Shown here piece by piece: positions 16,373-19,980 of a stretch of 19,980 bases of DNA. A program made the position numbers and the translations under genes. The DNA lies in NCBI GenBank assembly GCA_037968895.1, contig JBBKWJ010000208.1:1-19980 (forward strand). The letters run 5' to 3'. The notes below the pieces were generated by a model that worked only from the letters and a program-made list of their open reading frames with translations, ran no database searches and had not been told where the DNA came from. How positions within the stretch are numbered: position 1 is the first letter of the stretch; each line of letters opens with the position of its first letter. Source of the DNA: Acidimicrobiales bacterium (GTDB taxonomy: Bacteria > Actinomycetota > Acidimicrobiia > Acidimicrobiales > SZUA-35).

Positions 16373-17200
16373 CCTTGGCGAGCAGCCTGTTGGCGACGAA
16401 GCTCGCAGCGACCGAAGCGACGCGTACATGCGAGCGAGGGGAGTGTCGTCGGAGACGCCGACTGCGCCGTACACCTGAATTGCCTGATCAACGACAGTAG
16501 TAGCCGTCTGCATCACGAGAACTTTAATGGCCGACATGTCGGGCGCCGCTGCCTTGTCGCCCTCGACGTCCATCTACCACGCAGTGTGCAACGTCATGAG
16601 TCTGGCCGAATCAATGTTGATTCGGGCGTTTGCGATCCATTCTTGGATGTTCGCTCGAGACGAAACGAGTCCGCCGAACGTGGAGCGACTGTCTGCCCGT
16701 TCGCACAGGAGCGAGAGGGCCTGTTCCGCGACGCCGATGGTCCTCATGCAGTGCTGCACTCTCGCTGGTTGCCTAGGAGTGCGTCGGCTGGCAAACGTAC
16801 GTTGTTGAGTGCCAATTCGGTGTGTCCGTCGGCGTCCAGGTAACCAAACTTCGGCAGATTGCGAACCACGGTGAGGCCTGGAGTATCTCTGGGCACGACA
16901 AACACGGAATGTCGGCGGTGTCGTGACGCGGCGGGATCCGACCATCAAGTTGGGGCGTCAGCCACTGCTCCTTCTGGGCTGCGCTCCCATACAGGATGAG
17001 AGCATCACCGTTGATACTTGATGGCGCGTCGCAGTTGGTTGCCTCTTGGGCCAGCCGACTTGTGCCGAGGATCTCAGCGAGCGGGGCGTAGTCGAGGCTC
17101 GTCAGTCCAGGACCGTAGTTCGGAGGTCTGACGCCAGCGTGAGGGAACGATTCGAATGCGTGAAATCCATCAGTGGTCCTCCGTGGCGTGCCGTCAATCT
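16340..17200 (-). pseudogene. Acyl-CoA dehydrogenase pseudogene (internal deletion, frameshift and in-frame TAG)
   Basis: The minus-strand translation gives ACAD blocks in three different frames: RPPNYGPGLTSLDYAPLAEILGTSRLAQEATNCDAPSSINGDALILYGSAAQKEQWLTPQLDGRI, then about 90 aa missing (no RSCFAMTEP block), then SVFVVPRDTPGLTVVRNLPKFGYLDADGHTELALNNVRLPADALLGNQRE, then a frame change to ...RVQHCMRTIGVAEQALSLLCERADSRSTFGGLVSSRANIQEWIANARINIDSARLMTLHTAW, then an in-frame TAG at about 16574, then MDVEGDKAAAPDMSAIKVLVMQTATTVVDQAIQVYGAVGVSDDTPLARMY. The N-terminus is truncated by a stop, and both ends are approximate. Confidence 0.7.
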
Positions 17201-17267
17201 AGTGTGGCGGAAGTATCCGCAAGCTAATCCGGTTAGAAGACTGACCATCCCGCAGATAGGACGCGCT

Positions 17268-18698
17268 TTGAGCAACAACCAATACGATCTTGTGGCAATT
17301 GGTGGGGGAACGGCCGCCCTCGTCGCCACTATCGCTGCTGCGGGCCTTGGGGCCAAAGCCGTCCTAATTGAAATGGAGAAGCCAGGGGGCGACTGCCTCT
17401 GGACTGGTTGCGTGCCAAGCAAGGCGCTTCTGTCCGCGGCTGCGTTGGCAAGCGATATGCGTAACGCGAAGTCAGTTGGACTGAGCGCAGTAGAACCAGT
17501 GATCGACTTTCCTGCAGTCATGGCACACGTCAAAGGCGCGCAGGCCGTTATTGAGCCCCATGATTCGGCTGAGCACCTCGAGGCAGAAGGAGTCGAGGTC
17601 ATCATCGGCCGAGGCGAGTTTCTCGGCCCAGGCAAGATCAAGGTTGGCGACCGAGTGATCGAGTTTCGTTCGGCTCTCATCGCGACCGGTTCGCATCCTG
17701 TGGTTCCGCCAATTCCGGGGCTGGTTGACGCGGATCCGCTGACCAGCCATAACGTCTGGGACCTCAAGGCCCTCCCAGCCCGTCTTGTCGTCCTTGGCGG
17801 GGGGCCGATCGGTTGTGAGCTTGGTCAGGCGTTCGGTCGACTCGGATCGAACGTCACATTGATCGAAGCCGAAGCAGGCCTACTTCCCCGTGAGCCAAGC
17901 GAGGTGGGCGCCTATCTGGGCGAGGTCCTTCGCTCCGAAGGCATCGATGTGCGAGTCGGTGTTCGAGCCGAGTCAGTCGAGGCCCATGAAGGGGCATACC
18001 GAGTTAATCTGGCCGACGGAACCTCGGTTGACTTCGACAGGATTCTCGTGGCTGTCGGCCGCCGGGCCAACTCTGCGAACCTCGGACTTGAGCTTGTCGG
18101 TGTAGACGTCGACGAAAGAGGCCACGTCGTCGTCGACGACACGATGCGGACTACTGGCGACAACATCTTCGCTGCCGGAGATGTGACAGGGAAGATGCCG
18201 TTTACGCCCGTCGCCGCACACCAGGCCAGGGCCGTCGTGGCGAACGCCCTGTTCAAAGCGCGTAAGAAGGCCAAGTACGACCAGATCCCCTGGGTTACGT
18301 TCACTGCTCCAGAGATCGCAAGGGTAGGGCTCGACGGCGCAGCAGCCCGTGAGAAGTGGGGATCCAAGGCGATCGTCGAGCGGTTCGACTACGCCAACCT
18401 CGACCGAGCCATAACGCACGGACGGACAGGAGGCTGGGTCGAACTCGTCGGTGACAAGAAGCGAAGAATTGTTGGCGCGACCATCGTTGGTGAGGCGGCA
18501 GGGGAGAGCATCGCCGAGATCGTCGCCTTCATGACTGCAGGCGCCAAGATCGACACACTGTCGACGACTGTGCATGCCTATCCAACCTTTTCCGAGGGGG
18601 CGAGCCGAGCAGCAAATAGTGTTCTCGCGGACCGCTACTTCAGTCCGAGAGCCAAGCGAGTTAGTTCGATGGTCCGACGAGTACTTCGTCTGTTCTAG
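17268..18698 (+). CDS. FAD-dependent pyridine nucleotide-disulfide oxidoreductase, class I (dihydrolipoyl dehydrogenase / mercuric reductase-like)
   Basis: The product has the Rossmann motif YDLVAIGGGTAA, the redox-active disulfide GGDCLWTGCVPSK, a second dinucleotide fold LVVLGGGPIGCELGQ, and the C-terminal dimerisation His-Pro motif HAYPTFSE. I place the start at TTG 17268 (AGGA plus 6 nt) because the 74 aa added by the track's ATG at 17046 have no family similarity and run antisense over the ACAD pseudogene. Confidence 0.75.
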   Translation: MSNNQYDLVAIGGGTAALVATIAAAGLGAKAVLIEMEKPGGDCLWTGCVPSKALLSAAALASDMRNAKSVGLSAVEPVIDFPAVMAHVKGAQAVIEPHDSAEHLEAEGVEVIIGRGEFLGPGKIKVGDRVIEFRSALIATGSHPVVPPIPGLVDADPLTSHNVWDLKALPARLVVLGGGPIGCELGQAFGRLGSNVTLIEAEAGLLPREPSEVGAYLGEVLRSEGIDVRVGVRAESVEAHEGAYRVNLADGTSVDFDRILVAVGRRANSANLGLELVGVDVDERGHVVVDDTMRTTGDNIFAAGDVTGKMPFTPVAAHQARAVVANALFKARKKAKYDQIPWVTFTAPEIARVGLDGAAAREKWGSKAIVERFDYANLDRAITHGRTGGWVELVGDKKRRIVGATIVGEAAGESIAEIVAFMTAGAKIDTLSTTVHAYPTFSEGASRAANSVLADRYFSPRAKRVSSMVRRVLRLF

Positions 18699-18718
18699 CG
18701 ACCTGCTACCTTCAGCCC

Positions 18719-19105
18719 ATGTCGCCAGCCGAAGTTGTTACCGCGTTCATCGCCGCTATCGAGCGGAAGGACGTCGCCGCTGCTGCGGCCATGGTCGCGC
18801 CGGACATCAGCTACGAGAACATGCCGATCACGCCGATCATCGGCGTTGAGGGAATGGTTGAAACGCTCAACAACTTCCTCAATGTGGCAGGCGAGGTCGA
18901 GTGGATTGTTGTTGCTCAACACGAAGTTGGCAACCGGGTCTACAACGAGCGCATGGATCGATTCCAAATTGGTGACGGGTGGCTCGAACTTCCCATCGCC
19001 GGGGTCTTCGAGGTAAACGAAGATGGCCTCATCACTCTCTGGCGCGACTATTTCGACATGGGCAGCTACTTACAGCAATTCGCCAAGCTCACCGGCATCG
19101 AATAG
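18719..19105 (+). CDS. Limonene-1,2-epoxide hydrolase family protein (NTF2-like fold)
   Basis: The 128-aa product resembles Rhodococcus LEH: ...AFIAAIERKDVAAAAAMVAPDISYENMPI... RVYNERMDRFQIGDGWLELPIAGVFEVNEDGLITLWRDYFDMGSY. Confidence 0.7.
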   Translation: MSPAEVVTAFIAAIERKDVAAAAAMVAPDISYENMPITPIIGVEGMVETLNNFLNVAGEVEWIVVAQHEVGNRVYNERMDRFQIGDGWLELPIAGVFEVNEDGLITLWRDYFDMGSYLQQFAKLTGIE

Positions 19106-19128
19106 GACAAGAGGCGCAAGCGGCACGC

Positions 19129-19602
19129 TCAGGGACCAGTCTCGAATGGTGTCTCCGGTACGCCGGATTCGACGATCAGCCTCGCGTGGCGGGCGAGAGC
19201 GAATGGTGCCGTCACTTCCTTGGTTGCTTCGAGATCAGGCAAGGTCCACCAGGCCATATCAGTAATCATCTCATCCGCTAGGGCATCGCTATCCATGCTC
19301 GGGTTTAGTTCTGCTGAGTCGACTCTGACCAGAAAGACCCGATTACGTTGGCCACTAAACCGGACAAAGTCGTTGAAGTAGACCGTCTGGTTCCAGATCG
19401 GACCCTCAATTGACGTCGGCCGCACTCCCGTTTCTTCCGCCAGCTCACGATGGAGCGCTTGCGCGAACGTCTCGCCCGGATTCACACCTCCGCCGGGTAG
19501 GCCCCACACAACGCCGCGCGGAAACTTGAACCGAACCAACAAGATTCGTTGGTCAGGGTCAACGATGAGTCCGCGAACGGCGGATCGGAGATGGAGCGGC
19601 AT
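19129..19602 (-). CDS. NUDIX hydrolase
   Basis: The Nudix box GGGVNPGETFAQALHRELAEETGV (Gx5Ex7REUxEExGU) is present in the 157-aa product, which lies convergent with the LEH gene. Confidence 0.8.
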   Translation of the reverse strand: MPLHLRSAVRGLIVDPDQRILLVRFKFPRGVVWGLPGGGVNPGETFAQALHRELAEETGVRPTSIEGPIWNQTVYFNDFVRFSGQRNRVFLVRVDSAELNPSMDSDALADEMITDMAWWTLPDLEATKEVTAPFALARHARLIVESGVPETPFETGP

Positions 19603-19651
19603 CCCGATGTTCTAGCCGATCCTTGCGTTTTGAGGGTGTGTTGGTTGTTAG

Positions 19652-19666
19652 TGAGAATGATTCTCA
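19652..19666. promoter_or_regulatory. Zur-box-like 7-1-7 palindrome TGAGAATgATTCTCA, overlapped by a second imperfect half-site pair (AATGATTctcatTATCATT), 16 nt upstream of the ZnuA-like start
   Basis: A perfect inverted repeat TGAGAAT/ATTCTCA flanks a central G and carries the AATGATT core typical of actinobacterial Zur operators. It lies in the divergent intergenic region between the NUDIX gene and the metal-SBP gene. Confidence 0.5.
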
Positions 19667-19681
19667 TTATCATTTGGCTCC

Positions 19682-19980
19682 ATGGCACTGACTCCGCACC
19701 CGCTCCGACATGGCGGGGCGCTACTCCTCGCATTCGGTTTGGTCGCGTCGGCTTGTAGCAGTGACCGCACCGACTCCGCGGGAAGCGACGACATTGCCGA
19801 CGACGGCCAAAGCACAACGATCATTGCCACGACCGCGATATGGGCCGACATTGTCTCGGAGATCGTGTGTGTGCCTGACATCGTTGTTGACACGCTGATC
19901 CCAAACGACGCCGACCCGCACGTGTACGAACCGACATTTCGTGACCAGGAGCGCCTCGAGCGAGCGAACCTCATTGTTGC
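19682..19980 (+). CDS. Metal ABC transporter substrate-binding lipoprotein, ZnuA/TroA (cluster A-I) family, 5' part; the gene continues beyond the window end
   Basis: The product starts MALTPHPLRHGGALLLAFGLVASAC (lipobox) and continues ...STTIIATTAIWADIVSEIVCVPDIVVDTLIPNDADPHVYEPTFRDQERLERANLIV, which matches the first metal-binding His region of TroA/ZnuA-type SBPs. The ORF track shows a different, spurious frame here (19710..19898). Confidence 0.65.
   Translation, partial: MALTPHPLRHGGALLLAFGLVASACSSDRTDSAGSDDIADDGQSTTIIATTAIWADIVSEIVCVPDIVVDTLIPNDADPHVYEPTFRDQERLERANLIV

Noticed and set aside
17046-17267. 5' extension of the FAD oxidoreductase ORF to the ATG at 17046
   Set aside because: The added 74 aa have no similarity to the family, whose Rossmann fold begins right at YDLVAIGGG. 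The DNA here encodes ACAD-pseudogene remnants on the opposite strand. A TTG at 17268 with an AGGA RBS gives a canonical-length protein.
19648-19974. Track ORFs 19648..19974 (-), 19710..19898 (+) and 19721..19921 (-) at the window end
   Set aside because: A different plus-strand frame starting at ATG 19682 gives a signal-peptide/lipobox-containing TroA/ZnuA-family SBP N-terminus. The listed ORFs are out-of-frame artefacts.
1-19980. Search for tRNA, rRNA, CRISPR arrays, IS elements or integrase/transposase genes
   Set aside because: I found no cloverleaf-like tRNA candidates, no direct-repeat/spacer arrays, no terminal inverted repeats flanking a transposase-like ORF, and no obvious compositional break. 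The window looks like core chromosome with one decayed gene.

Overview
This is a high-GC, actinobacterium-like chromosomal window that reads as coding-dense core genome, with 17 protein-coding genes, one decayed pseudogene, and no tRNA, rRNA, CRISPR or obvious mobile elements. Left to right: (1) the N-terminal part of a COG4260-type SPFH/band-7 protein on the minus strand; (2) a translationally coupled pair on the minus strand, a 2OG-Fe(II) oxygenase followed by an isocitrate-lyase/PEP-mutase-superfamily enzyme; (3) a glutathione peroxidase whose peroxidatic residue is an in-frame TGA codon followed 11 nt later by a hairpin sharing the GCAGGUCUGC apex of the E. coli fdhF SECIS element, so it is a probable selenoprotein that the ORF track splits or misses; (4) a DUF2339-like polytopic membrane protein and an Rv2466c-like DsbA-family protein carrying a monothiol CPFA motif; (5) a Na/Pi cotransporter followed by a separate PhoU-domain gene; (6) an apparent operon of a small acidic-tail protein, a YqiJ/NfeD-like membrane protein with an OB-fold, a YqiK/flotillin-like SPFH protein, and a GTGA-coupled giant 1558-aa protein with a C-terminal AAA_5 (MoxR-like) ATPase domain, followed by a PHB-depolymerase-family esterase lipoprotein; (7) a decayed acyl-CoA dehydrogenase pseudogene on the minus strand; (8) a class-I FAD pyridine-nucleotide-disulfide oxidoreductase, a limonene-epoxide-hydrolase-family protein and a NUDIX hydrolase; (9) a Zur-box-like 7-1-7 palindrome directly upstream of a partial ZnuA/TroA-family metal-binding lipoprotein gene. 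The most interesting candidates are the flotillin-coupled giant AAA+ protein, which is uncharacterised, and the Sec-containing GPx with its bacterial SECIS element.
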